Assembly: GCA_002269645.1 (NCBI GenBank)
Contig: NIVC01001079.1
Span: 186,001-250,000, forward strand
Source: Macrostomum lignano
Lineage: Eukaryota
Length of the DNA stretch: 64,000 nucleotides
Direction of reading: 5' to 3'
The position numbers were made by a program, and so were the translations under genes. Positions 47,741 through 60,162 of this stretch are shown one piece after another. The stretch's first letter is position 1, and every line of letters starts with the position of its first letter. The notes beneath the pieces were generated by a model. The model was not told the origin of the DNA and searched no databases. It was given only the letters and a program-made list of their open reading frames with translations.

Positions 47741-49201
47741 AAACTGGACCTTTGGCCAGCAATTTTCTCTTGAGCTACATATTGTGCTGTTTTTGTTTGT
47801 TATTTTGAGTAGCTCGACGCTATCGAATGTTTCTGTATACCTACTATTAAACCGGCAAAGTGAATGTAGAGTCATTAAAAAACCCAGTTCACTACTAATA
47901 GGGACTCGACGCGTCTCACTCAGTCAGAGTGGCGTAATGGGACATAGATCCTACGATTATGAATTGGCAATGACAGCTCCTGTTTTTAGTAAACTTACAA
48001 TCTCTATAGACCTGTTTTTCCACCAGTTTTCAAGGAGTTACGTTGTCCAGAATCAGAAAAACGGAAATTTCCCTGACAAGACGCTGAAGAAATTCTAATG
48101 CTTTTGTTTTTTGAGGATCCATTATTTCTTTCTCAGTCAAATAAATCCTTGAATCCAGTGTACAGGGAAGACAATCCCGTTCTGACTTTTCTGGTCGTAA
48201 CTATATACATGTAATTCATTATAATAGAACTATTTCTTTATTTAGTAGATGAGTCTGTCCCCGGGTTGATGTAGATTAATATACTATAAGTTAGAAAGAA
48301 TCGAGGCATAGCGAGCCTTAATGCTACTTACAAATAGCTACTTCAGTAGTATAAATAATACAAAAATTTTCGCGCGATGACGTCGTCTCTGAGGCGTCTT
48401 CTTGGGGATGTCTTGGAGACCGTCGTGGGGACGCTTTGGCAGGGGGGCCAGCATCAGCGATGGAGCCAAAGCTAAGTGCATGTACATGTAGTTGTTAAGG
48501 GAACGGCTAGCCAAGATTCATTCGGAACAGGGACGCGAAGGTCGCTAAATCACCCTAGGGGTCCGTACTCGCACTGCGCTTAATTTCAAATGCGAGTCTA
48601 AAAATTAATCAAACAAAGTGGCCGATCTCACACGTATTGATTCTGCAATCTTTTTGGCGGTGATGATCTTCAACTTCATGCAATAATGCCTTTCAAGTAC
48701 AAACTCCCACGATCTAATTTATTGTTTTTGAAGCGGTGCAAAACAAGTTTTTTTAATTAGCAAATGCAATTTTCACAGAAAGGTAATTACATGTACTGTA
48801 ATTATCTAATTTTTTCGATTGTACCTAACTACCCGACTTACTTGACTCAGCTCCGGATGCAGCGAGGAGGCGTCGCCGCCCATTCCGCTAGCCACTGGCG
48901 ACCACGGGCAGCTGGTGCAGCGGTGTCGCGCAGGGAGATCCGGTGGTGCCGGTGTCCGCAGCGCGGTCCCCCTCCGGAGAGTCCAGGAGGTGGATGGTCG
49001 CTCATCCAGTAGCCCTTAGGTAGCGGACGAGCTCGCAGAGATTCGACACTGGAGAGGCAGAATGGGCATTCCTCGCTACGGATTTTTACCTGAAGGTGGC
49101 GATGCCTGCTGGCAAAACAGCCATGGTATTGATGTCCCCGCGGTTGATTCTACGAGCTAAACTACCAGAGGATTAGCCAAGGACCACTGTAGTAAAACAG
49201 G

Positions 49202-49611
49202 ACGTAAAACTCAAAGATCGTGTATTTTTTAGAGGCCAGTTTTTGGGGAAAAAATACACTACGGAGATAGGAAAAATACTTTTCATCATAAAATCAATGA
49301 TTGCATTTGATCTTGGCAGTGAAGATTATCTTTCTTTTAATTTAGGATGCACGGAATGTTACTCTGTTATTAATTTATACAGCTGGGCAGTGAAAGTATA
49401 ATTTTCACATTGTTTTCTTTTTATTTCATAAGCCCAAGTTAGTATGCACTAACTGTGTACGCATGTTTGCAGGAACTAATATGCATTGAAATCGAATTAT
49501 ACCTATAATAAGGGCTCAAGAGTACCTGCATGCAACATTTTCCTATCTCCGCGGTGCATTTTTTCCCAGGAAATTTGCCAAAGAAAATGACGCGATCTTT
49601 AAGTTTTACGT
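49202..49611. mobile_element. MITE-like element with ~75-bp imperfect TIRs
   Basis: acgtaaaactcaaagatcg...ggaaaaaatacactacggagataggaaaa is the inverse of ttttcctatctccgcggtgcattttttccc...cgatctttaagttttacgt. Confidence 0.6.
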
Positions 49612-50654
49612 AACGAGCATGACGCATGCTCCAATTTTATGCTGTGAAAAAACACAAAAAGCGAGTTTTCTGGGCGATCTTGCTCTGGGCTCAAACGAAT
49701 CAGGTAACTGTGATCGCCCACGCACGGTTCAGTGAAGGAGCTGCGCTTTGATTAACGGCCTTCTCATATTTCAAAACACGGAAACGATTTAGTCAGCTGT
49801 AGTGAAGTCATCACGCATGTCTTGCTTAAAATCCTGTGTGTTTGGAGAGGTTTCACTCAAACCCGGTTTAGAAAAAAACCAAGTCAAGCACATTCGTTTC
49901 TAAGTGAAGATTCCGTGATGCGGGAAAGGTCGAGTCGGCTGTGTTTCTCTCTGCTGTTGGGCGTCGTCGATTTGAAAGTATTTATTTTTTAAGAGAATTT
50001 AAAATTCAAAACCGAAACCCGTATAAGAAAAAAAACAATGAACGTAGGAAATTAGTGTTGAAAATCAACTTTAAAAAACGTGCCAGCGTCAGGCAGATGG
50101 ACGAAGGATGACGATGCGGGGAGATTTTGTTTGCGTCTTCGCGCCTAAGCTGGGAGAAGATCGAGCAAAGTAATGATAGTTGGAAAATCGAAATTCAAGC
50201 CGCGGAGACTTCTGTAATAGATTTCGACGCAGCGAGGCGGAGAGTCAGATGAGGAAACAGGAGGGCGGGTTCGAGACAGGGCGAAAGTACGGTACGAACT
50301 AAGCTTTGGCTAGAAATCAGACACAGGACAGGGGGTCGCACAAAAGTTGCAGAAAGAGAAGCGGGGGTCTGAAAGGCCGGCGGACAAAGCGTTAAAGAAT
50401 AACGAGCCGCAGGCAAAATAATTTGCTTAAACTTTTTTTGGAAAGCAACACCGCAAACAAAGAACTATCGTACGGAGATACAGAAGCAAAGCTACCTCGA
50501 GTCTCTCTCTTTGTCCTTCTCGAGTTTAAGTTTTTTTTAAAGTCTGCTCCTTGGGTTTTGGGCCTCGACGCGTTTATAGCGCGCTTGGTGGCTGCTTTGG
50601 CAACTAAATTTAAGCAGGTAGAAGTCTCGGCCGGCGCCTACGCTGGCCTGGCAG

Positions 50655-51776
50655 TCAGTTCATGGCCTGGGTCGGGCTGGTCTGCCCGCGCAGCATGCCG
50701 CTCAAAGCCTTGGCCGCGCCCATGCTCTTTGGACTGGCGGCCGACTTGAAGGAGACCTGCAGGGTCCGGTTGCCCACAGTGTAGCCGTTCAGCGACTGGA
50801 TAGCCAGCAGGGCCTCCTCGTAGTTGCTCATCGTGACGAAGCCAAAGCCGCGGCACTTGTTGGTGCCGGGGTCGCGGATCACCTTCACCGTCTGAACGGC
50901 GCCAAACGGGCCAAACAGCTCCCAGAGAATCCGGTCCTCGGTCTCCGGCGCCAGGTTGTAGACGAAGATGCTCCAGCTGCCGCTGGAAGTCATGCCGCCG
51001 CCCTGGGCAACCATCGACTGGGCCAGGAGGGCCGAGTTCGGCAGGCTGCTGGCCGCGGCCATGAGGTCGCCGATGCCGCTGATGCCATTGTTGATCGGGC
51101 TCTGGTACTTGTTGTAGTTGCGGGTCAGAGCGGCCAGGTGCTGGATGGGGCTGCCCAGCTTGGCGCCAGATGGCGAGTGCATGCTGCACTGCTTCAGGAA
51201 GCTGTTCACCAGATTGCTGCTCTCCTGCCTGGCCGCGCTGGGACTGTTGGCGAACTTCACCGTGATTGGCTCGCAGCCTTCCTCCGGTGTGAAGCCGTTC
51301 AACTGCTTGATGGCGTCCTCGGCCTCGCTGCGCTGGTCGAACCGGATGAAAGCGACGCCGCGCGACAAGCCGGTCTTGTTGTCGTACAGAATGCGCAGCG
51401 TGATGATCTTGCCGCACTGGGAGAACAGGCGCGACAGCTCCTCCTGGGTCATTCGTTTGGGAAGACCGCAGATGTACAGATTGGCACCCTTGATGGCCTC
51501 GGAGCTCGGCCGCGCCAGAGACACTTTAATAGTCTTGTTCTGCAGTCTAAGGCCGTTCAGCGTCTTAATGGCCTTGTCCGCCTCTTTCGGCTGCATGTAC
51601 TTGACAAACGCGTAGCCCAGACTCTCGCCAGTGGTCCTGTCGCGTACTAACTTGCAGCTTTCGACTTCGCCAATGCTAGAGAATAGGGCGCGTACGTCTT
51701 CTTGAGCCATCGAGGGTGGCAAGTAGTTCACGATCAGGTTGGTGCGGTTCTCTAGAATTTCGGTGTTTGAAATCAT
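50655..51776 (-). CDS. elav: ELAV/Hu family RNA-binding protein, three RRMs, single coding exon (373 aa)
   Basis: [13 protein letters not shown]..., [60 protein letters not shown]...[20 protein letters not shown]. Confidence 0.97.
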   Translation of the reverse strand: MISNTEILENRTNLIVNYLPPSMAQEDVRALFSSIGEVESCKLVRDRTTGESLGYAFVKYMQPKEADKAIKTLNGLRLQNKTIKVSLARPSSEAIKGANLYICGLPKRMTQEELSRLFSQCGKIITLRILYDNKTGLSRGVAFIRFDQRSEAEDAIKQLNGFTPEEGCEPITVKFANSPSAARQESSNLVNSFLKQCSMHSPSGAKLGSPIQHLAALTRNYNKYQSPINNGISGIGDLMAAASSLPNSALLAQSMVAQGGGMTSSGSWSIFVYNLAPETEDRILWELFGPFGAVQTVKVIRDPGTNKCRGFGFVTMSNYEEALLAIQSLNGYTVGNRTLQVSFKSAASPKSMGAAKALSGMLRGQTSPTQAMN

Positions 51777-52604
51777 TTTTAGTATTCAGATTTATTAGGC
51801 TAGACTATGCTAAAATTTCAAGCCAAGCTAAATTATGACAGCAAAATCAAATGACCTTACCGCTGTCAGTTGAGCCGCATGAAGAATTGTTGGTGTCCTT
51901 GCCCAGAATGTCTGTCGAAGCCATTTTGTTTGACTAAATCGGTTCTTAAATAGAGAGAGAGCTGCTCTAAAATCTATTTAACTTGAAAGTTCGCGATGGA
52001 ATTAAGCGCTTTTTGAGCAGAGTAAACTCCTTTGTCTTGCCTTTAACTTGCGCGCGAAAAAATGCTCGGTGATGGGCTATTGACGCGAAAGACCTCTCTC
52101 TGCTTAGTTGAAAGAAACTCTTCTCTGGCAGGGATATCCTGTACTGCCGGGGGACTCGGCAACTCTGTCCATAAACGACAGAGTTCTCTCCCGCTGATTA
52201 GTCTATGGCCAGAGGCTGCAGCAAATCTCTTAAGACAAATGCAGACCCACCACCCCATTCCCCCAGTGTGCATATCAATGACAAGTGAATATCAATGCAA
52301 GGGGCGAATGCTTTCAAAGCGTAAAACTATTCAGAAATTCTAACAAAGTTCCGTGTTGTACTTTTATTGGTTACAGTCTAGTTGAAATGACTGTGTTTAA
52401 AACAATTCTTAAAGTAACTGTTAAACTAGCCAAATTACAGGTACGCGCCCTAGCAGAGGCCGCAGCTGATGTGCACAATGATAATAATAACCATTATTAT
52501 TAATTGGTATCTAATTTGTGCTTCAACAGAAGAAAATGCACAAATGTCACTTCATCATTTATTTAACAAAGCCATCAATTTTGGCTAAAATAACACGAAT
52601 TTGA

Positions 52605-55600
52605 TTATTCTAAAGCAGAGGCCAAGTCTGCATAGGTCAGTTTAAAGTTCATCGGAGCTCTGGAATCCGCGGTGTCAAACAGAGTCTTCAGCGCTTCGCT
52701 GACGCACTCGTCCTGCGCCTGAGCGGCTGTTTCGCCAAAGCCGCTGGACAAAAATTCGCGGCGAATGTACAGCCCCACCTGCCAGCGGGAGGGCGAGGAG
52801 GAATCAGGATATTGATAATTGCCCAAGTCTTAAAAAGAAGATTGCACAAGTCTTCAAATACCAAAATAGGATTTTTCAAGTTTATAAATTCTATAATAGA
52901 ATATTTCAATAATTTATTAACAAAATGAGATATTTTATACGTCCAAAATACAAAACAGGATATGTCAAGTATATATCCCAAAAATGATATTTTTCAAGTC
53001 TAACTGCAAAACCCGGGATATTTCAAGTCCAAATCCCAAAATGGGATATTTCAAGTCCAAATCCCAAAATGGGATATTTCAAGTCCAAATCCCAAAATGG
53101 GATATTTCAAGTCCAAATCCCAAAATGGGATATTTCAAGTCCAAATCCCAAAATGGGATATTTCAAGTCCAAATCCCAAAATGGGATATTTCAAGTCCAA
53201 ATCCCAAAATGGGATATTTCAAGTCCAAATCCCAAAATGGGATATTTCAAGTCCAAATCCCAAAATGGGATATTTCAAGTCCAAATCCTAGAATGGAATA
53301 TTTCAAGTCCAAATCCCAAAATGGGGTATTTCGAATTCAAATCCCAAATGGGATATTTCGAATTCAAATCCAAAATGGGATATTTCAATTCTAAATCCCA
53401 AAATGGGACATTTCAAACCCGAAGCCGCACCTGAAAGCAGGAGTAAACCGGCGATTCTGGAGCCGATTGGCCCATCAGACGGAATTCGAGCGGCTCGTCA
53501 GCCGGAAATCCGGCAGCGGCCAGCGACTCTGACAGAAGCGGCAGGCGCCGCTGTGCGCCGATGGTCCACCATTCGTTGATGTCGGAGTTGTGCAGCCGAG
53601 TAAGCAGGAAGTCACGAGTCAGCCGCCAGGCCGCTTCGTCGCCCTCGCTGACGTCGGGGCAGCAGAGCTTTGCCGAAGCGACCAGAGCAGCGAAAGCGTC
53701 CGCCTCCACGGACAGGGGCAGCATCGACGGGCGAGTGTCCACCCCGGATAGGAGCTCGGCCAGGCCGAGGTGTCCGGCAACGAAGGAGAGGCTCTGGTCT
53801 GAGGTGAGCAGGCTGACGGCCTGGGAGCAGCGGGATATTTGAGTCTTGGTTGGGAACAAATCTTGAGTCAGTTGGATTCTCATGGGGAGATTTTTGAGTC
53901 AGTTGGATTCTCATGGGGAGATTTTTGAGTCAGTTGGATTCTCATGGGGAGATTTTTGAGTCAGTTGGGTTCTCATGAAGGAGATTTTTGAGTCAGTTGG
54001 GTTCTCATGAAGGAGATTTTTGAGTCAGTTGGATTCTCATGAAGGAGATTTTTGAGTCAGTTGGATTCTCATGAAGGAGATTTTTGAGTCAGTTGGATTC
54101 TCATGGGGGGGGGAGATTTTTGAGTCAGTTGGATTCTCATGAAGGAGATTTTTGAGTCAGTTGGATTCTCATGAAGGAGATTTTTGAGTCAGTTGGATTC
54201 TCATGAAGGAGATTTTTGAGTCAGTTGGATTCTCATGGGGGGGGGAGATTTTTGAGTCAGTTGGATTCTCATGAAGGAGATTTTTGAGTCAGTTGGATTC
54301 TCATGAAGGAGATTTTTGAGTCAGTTGGATTCTCATGAAGGAGATTTTTGAGTCAGTTGGATTCTCATCCCACATACTTAGATAGTTTTCCAGGAAAAAA
54401 TCGGTCGGATTTTCATAGAAATAGCATGACAGATGAACCAAGCTGCAAAATGTCTCACCTGCTCCCGCAAGTCCTCGGGCACGTGCGGCAGCTCTCGGGC
54501 CAAGAAGCGGTCGCAGTGCTCAGCAATGAGGGCGCGACCGGTCGGCACGAGTTCTGCGTTGTCTCTCGGCATCGACTCAGCCGGTGTTGGCGGCGTTGCC
54601 ATGGCAACGGAGTCCGAGCTTTCGTCGTCGAGCTCGTAGCCTTTAGAGACGTTTTGATTGGCGCTGGGGGAATCTGCAGTGACACCTGCCAATGCAGTAA
54701 ATAAGGGTTTGGCTTGGTGACGTCACTGATTAGGGAAGGATACAGCGAGTGACGTCACCGACTGGATAGGGATCTTCTGACTGACATCACTGAGGATCCT
54801 GTGAGTGACATCATTGATTGGATAGAGATCCTGTTAGTGACGTCACTGATTGGATAGGGATCCTGAGAGTGACGTCACTGATTGGATAGGGATCCTGAGA
54901 GTGACGTCACTGATTGGATAGGGATCCTGAGAGTGAAGTCACTGATTGGATAGGGATCCTGAGAGTGACGTCACTGATTGGATAGGGATCCTGAGAGTGA
55001 CGTCACTGATTGGATAGGGATCCTGAGAGTGAAGTCACTGATTGGATAGGGATCCTGTTAGTGACGTCACTGATTGGATAGGGATCCTGAGAGTGACGTC
55101 ACTGATTGGATAGGGATCCTGTTAGTGACGTCACTGATTGGATAGGGATCCTGTTAGTGACGTCACTGATTGGATAGGGATCCTGAGAGTGACGTCACTG
55201 ATTGGATAGGGATCCTGTTAGTGACGTCACTGATTGGATAGGGATCCAGAGAGTGACGTCACTGATTGGATAGGGATCCTGAGAGTGAAGTCACTGATTG
55301 GATAGGGATCCTGTTAGTGACGTCACTGATTGGATAGGGATCCTGAGAGTGAAGTCATTGATTGGATAGGGATCCTGAGAGTGACGTCACTGATTGGATA
55401 GGGATCCTGTTAGTGACGTCACTGATTGGATAGGGATCCAGAGAGTGACGTCACTGATTGGATAGGGATCCTGAGAGTGAAGTCACTGATTGGATAGGGA
55501 TCCTGTTAGTGACGTCACTGATTGGATAGGGATCCTGTTCGTGACGTCACTGATTGGATAGGGATCCTGTTAGTGACGTCACTGATTGGATAGGGATCCA

Positions 55601-57635
55601 GAGAGTGACGTCACTGATTGGATAGGGATCCTGTTAGTGACGTCACTGATTGGATAGGGATCCAGAGAGTGACGTCACTGATTGGATAGGGATCTGATCA
55701 GTGAGGCTGTATGAATAAAATCTTAGATGTAGTCAACATTAAAAACAAAAGTTTTTAAAGCTCTTTTCAAGCCCTAGATAAATCAGGACGGTGCACTTGA
55801 AACTAAAACCATGCCTTCTCCGGCTTGGATGAGCAATATTTTCCACTTCAATAATGATGGCATTTAGCCAAGGTGAAAAAATGAGGGTTAGAACTGTGCC
55901 AGCAGGTGGCGATACACAAATAAAAATGATTCGACACGAACTCGTCTGCTAGCGGTGGGAATGTAAATATGGACAGAAACAGCCGGTCGGGGATAAATCA
56001 TATCGGCATGATTAGACACGGATGTCTCCGATGAGCTGTCTATGCGACAGCAGGACTCAGCAGAGAAAAAGATTTGCAGGAGATACGCAAAAATCTGAGA
56101 AATTCTCACAGACACCTTGAGCGATTCTCACACATATCTGAGCGATTCTCACAGACACCTTGAACGATTCTCACAGACACCTTGAGTGATTCTCACAGAC
56201 ACCTTGAGTGATTCTCACACGGACATATCTGAGCGATTCTCACAGACACCTTGAGTGATTCTCACAGACACCTTGAGTGATTCTCACACGGACATATCTG
56301 AGCGATTCTCACAGACACCTTGAGTGATTCTCACAGACACCTTGAGTGATTCTCACACGGACATATCTGAGCGATTCTCACAGACAACTTGAGCGATTCT
56401 CACAGACACCTTGAGAGCGATTCTCACACACGGACATATCTGAGCGATTCTCACAGACACCTTGAGTGATTCTCACAGACACCTTGAGTGATTCTCACAG
56501 ACACCTTGAGTGATTCTCACACGGACATATCTGAGCGATTCTCACAGACAACTTGAGCGATTCTCACAGACACCTTGAGAGCGATTCTCACACACGGACA
56601 TATCTGAGCGATTCTCACAGACACCTTGAGAGCGATTCTCACACACGGACATATCTGAGCGATTCTCACAGACACCTTGAGAGCGATTCTCACAGACACC
56701 TTGAGAGCGATTCTCACACACGGACATATCTGAGCGATTCTCACAGACACCTTGAGAGCGTTTCTCACACACGGACATATCTGAGCGATTCTTACAAACA
56801 CCTTGAGCGATTCTCACACACATATGTGCCAGCAACCCGGGCTCGATTCCAAGTGCAGTCACATTAATTTGTGCCTAAATTGGAATCTCGGCTTGGCTCT
56901 GCTCGTGCAATTAACGCCCTTGAGGGCCAGCTCCCAAGACACAGTGAAGTGTACATGCCTAACGATAAATAAAGTCAGGGCCACTGTACACTCCTGTGTG
57001 AGTGTGTGCCTGCTCAGTTGAGTCGGCGGAATGGGCAGTGATGCCTCTCGCCGGTTGTGTGCCTATGTCGCTTAAAGTGCGCCAGGGTGCACACAGCCCC
57101 TTTGCCTTTAAAAAATGAGCAGGACCAATATTATCAAGAACTAAAAAATCCTTTAAACCTAATAAACTTAATTACCGACTTGATCGCTACTTAACTAAAT
57201 GAACCAGCTATGTAATTAGGCCTGATTAACCAACCAACAAGCTAACTCACCATCCGCCTCCGCAGACTCCCGAAACGTGAGCACCCTGTCCAGCCACTGC
57301 TGGCTGAAGCCGGCCAGTCCAGCCAAACCCAGCCGGTGCGCGGCGGCCGACAGCTCGGCCCGGCGGCTCCAGTTGGACCAGACGGAGCGCGGCCGCTCCG
57401 GCTCGGGCCCGGCCAGCATTCGCCGCCTGTAGAGATCCTCGCGCATCCGCCTGCGCCAGCGAGGATCCGTGGCCAGCCTGGTGCCGTGCATCACGTTCGG
57501 CGTCTGACGCGGCGGAGTCAGCGGCGCCACCGGGGCCGCCTCGAAGGTGGCGACCGGCCGACGAGAGGCGGCGACGACGGCAGCGAAGTGCTGGCACAGC
57601 GGATGACGCCGACAGAGGCTGAGACGGGACAGCAT
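52605..57635 (-). CDS. MRPL44: Mitochondrial ribosomal protein mL44 (RNase III-like fold), 4 exons, ~391 aa
   Basis: Exons 57635-57251, 54685-54459, 53820-53431 and 52778-52605, all GT-AG and in phase. Arg-rich presequence. RSVWSNWSRRAELSAAAHRL, DFLLTRL..DINEWW, FRLMGQS..SPVY..QVGLY....SGFGET align by recall with MRPL44 ([35 protein letters not shown]...YFVGLY....EGPGET). Confidence 0.88.
53005..53415. repeat. 28-bp minisatellite (atgggatatttcaagtccaaatcccaaa) in MRPL44 intron 3
   Basis: About 14 tandem units. Confidence 0.95.
53866..54368. repeat. ~32-bp minisatellite (gattctcatgaaggagatttttgagtcagttg) in MRPL44 intron 2
   Basis: About 15 tandem units. Confidence 0.95.
54718..55694. repeat. 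32-bp minisatellite in MRPL44 intron 1; each unit has TGACGTCA (CRE) next to TGATTGG (reverse CCAAT box)
   Basis: Unit gtgacgtcactgattggatagggatcctgaga/gtta. About 27 regular units from ~54836, plus 3-4 degenerate units. Confidence 0.95.
56095..56825. repeat. Composite minisatellite of two interleaved 21-27-bp unit types (gattctcacagacaccttgag / gattctcacacggacatatctgagc) in MRPL44 intron 1
   Basis: Directly visible. Confidence 0.9.
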
Positions 57636-57704
57636 ATTAGTGGTTTGTCAGCGACTGATTGACGGCTGCAAGTTGCAAGTGGAGCACCATGATTTAAATT
57701 TTAC

Positions 57705-57935
57705 TGGTTTCTATGATTCATATTCCTGGTTTCTATGATCCATGTGCCTGGTTTCTATGATCCATATTCCTGGTTTCTATGATCCATATTCCTGGTTTCT
57801 ATGATCCATATTCCTGGTTTCTATGATCCATGTCCCTGGTTTCTATGATCCATGTCCCTGGTTTCTATGATCCATGTCCCTGGTTTCTATGATCCATATT
57901 CCTCTTTCTATGATCCATATTCCTGTGTCTATGAT
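57705..57935. repeat. 22-bp minisatellite (ctggtttctatgatccatattc) immediately upstream of MRPL44
   Basis: About 10 units. Confidence 0.9.
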
Positions 57936-58950
57936 CCTTATTCAAGCGTTATATAATTCAAAACAATCCAGGTTTCATGGCTAAGATGTCAAGGCTCATA
58001 GGGGGAACTGCTGAAATGCTGTGGCTCGCAGGGGGAATCAAGGTTAGGGTTCAACCATAAGACTCACAGGGGGAATGCTGAGATATCAAGGCTCACAGGG
58101 TTAGTAAGGTTAAGCCATGGATTAAAGAAATTTTTAATTGCTAAAAATTTCGATTGCTTAATCAGTGCCACTCGGAAGCTGGAAGCTGTTCGGGCTGAAT
58201 CTCGTATAAATCAATTAACCAAATGAAAAATTAGCAAGAGTAGTAAGGAATACTACGGGAAAGCTAAAGCAAATAATGAAGCACCCATGCTCAAAGCAGC
58301 GTTTTCAAACACACTACAATGTGAAGTGCTATTTTTAAGCAATCTGTTTATTGCACGCCTGATAGACAATGACAATTGCGCCAGGGAAATCTGCTGGCAA
58401 CGAATGAGCCTGTTCTGCTTTGAAAGCAGGGTAAAGACACACAAACACCATTAACGTTTCTAAGCGCCCTTGGGTCGGTGACACGAAAGAGAGCGACAGG
58501 ATCAAGCATTTTTTCGTAAAATCACTAAACTGAAAAGATTCGCCATCGCCACGCCCCCTGCAGCAACGCGTCTTTTGTGTTTGCCTTAAAAATGAATCCC
58601 TCCAATTAAAAAAGCTCGCTAATCTGCAAAATGTGAAGATCACGCATACGCGTTAAGTCTCCGGGAAGCAAGGCAAGCGATCTGAGACAGCACGCTAAGG
58701 ACTTGCTAGACGAAACGGGAAACGATTGGCATAATGAATAACAAGAGGGGAGATGAGCAGCTTATCAACACTTGTCTCGCTCTCTCTCGTTCTCTGGCTC
58801 ACTCGGTTTGGTTTAGGCAAACAAACAGTGGACCAATAGTGTGTGACAGCGAATCAGATTTTAAACCAGTCAAGAGAGGAAGGTACTAAATAAAAGGTAG
58901 GCGCGTAACACACAGCTAGCAGCGTCTGTCACAACAGCCAAGAGCCAGCC

Positions 58951-60084
58951 ATGGAGGAAGATGGCCAAGTCTGTGCAAAGATAAACGGCACTGTTGATAG
59001 CAAATGTTTGGCTTCGACAAACAACGGGACATCCAATATCAGCAGTGCCGAAGAGCTGCTGAGCAGTGTCACGCTGGCGTTCTGCTGTGGCGCAGCCGCA
59101 ATGCTAATGATCTGCATTTACTGCTTGAACAGGCCAACATTCAACCGCCACAAGCTGGGCTGTCTGTTAATTTTGCGCTGGAACTGCGCCGCGGACATTG
59201 CTTGCCTACTGAACAAAGTGACGTTCATGCTGGTTAACAGAAATTACAAATCACTTGAAGGCAATCAACACGTCCTAGCCTGGGTATGCAAACTATACCA
59301 CATTGGCGAGAGCCTCACAATGAATGTGCAGACCTTGCTATTGGTGCTATTTGCTTTAGAGCGTGGCGCCATTGCTATTGATCTGCGCTTTGGATTGAAA
59401 CATTTCAGCCAGTTTCGATTGAAAATCGGCGTTGTCCTTGCCGCTGTGTTGATTCTGGCCGCCCACCTCAACTACATCTGGATGTATAACATCGGTGCGA
59501 ACTACATTTCTCTCGATAGAAACAACACCAACTGGGAAACAATCTACGAATGCCGCGTAACTGCCGAATTCCTGGTAATCTATAACATTGTCGCCATTAT
59601 CGATCTCGTGGTGTATTTGTACGCGCCAATTCTGGTTTGCGGCATCTCGGCCGGAATCGTTATTAACTGCTGGATTCGCAACGGATTAGAACGGCCGAGC
59701 GTTGTGTTCGGCAAGACTAAGTCGAGTAACAATGGAAACGCCAGCCAAAGCCACGCGGGAGTCCTGAATAGTCTGGATTGGCTACATCGGAACATGAAAG
59801 TGCTGCAGCTGATCATCAGCCTCGTGTGCTATCTACCGCTAGCCACTACTGGCCTGATCCGAGCCGTTTCCATTCACCACCAGCTGCCAGTAGACGAGAA
59901 GCTCTATTTAATCATGAACTATATCCTGCAGCCGATGAAGAACGTCCTGTGCGCCTTGGCTACCACCGCGTTCGTTGTGCACCATCTCGTCGCTACGCGA
60001 CAGCGCAAAGCCAAACGGAGTCGCTGCCAGAAAGCAAAAAATCAATCGGAGGAGGAATGCATCCCTATGCGAGTCATTGGCTAG
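58951..60084 (+). CDS. Intronless rhodopsin-like (class A) orphan GPCR, 377 aa
   Basis: Seven hydrophobic segments. N-terminal N-glycosylation sequons (NGT, NIS). TM2 A.AD, Cys at the top of TM3 (WVCK), ALERG in place of DRY, Cys in ECL2 (YECRV), CYLP in TM6, basic C-tail. Confidence 0.88.
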   Translation: MEEDGQVCAKINGTVDSKCLASTNNGTSNISSAEELLSSVTLAFCCGAAAMLMICIYCLNRPTFNRHKLGCLLILRWNCAADIACLLNKVTFMLVNRNYKSLEGNQHVLAWVCKLYHIGESLTMNVQTLLLVLFALERGAIAIDLRFGLKHFSQFRLKIGVVLAAVLILAAHLNYIWMYNIGANYISLDRNNTNWETIYECRVTAEFLVIYNIVAIIDLVVYLYAPILVCGISAGIVINCWIRNGLERPSVVFGKTKSSNNGNASQSHAGVLNSLDWLHRNMKVLQLIISLVCYLPLATTGLIRAVSIHHQLPVDEKLYLIMNYILQPMKNVLCALATTAFVVHHLVATRQRKAKRSRCQKAKNQSEEECIPMRVIG

Positions 60085-60162
60085 TAATATGCAAACCAAG
60101 CAAATAGTGATTTATAATATGAGAACTACAGTCATCATTGACTTGTCGACTAAACCAATCTA

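Noticed and set aside
48850-49080. GC-rich island with CPFC and RCTSCPW (zinc-finger-like starts) on the minus strand
   Set aside because: The His ligands are missing and the frames are broken. It is possibly a TE remnant but unsupported.
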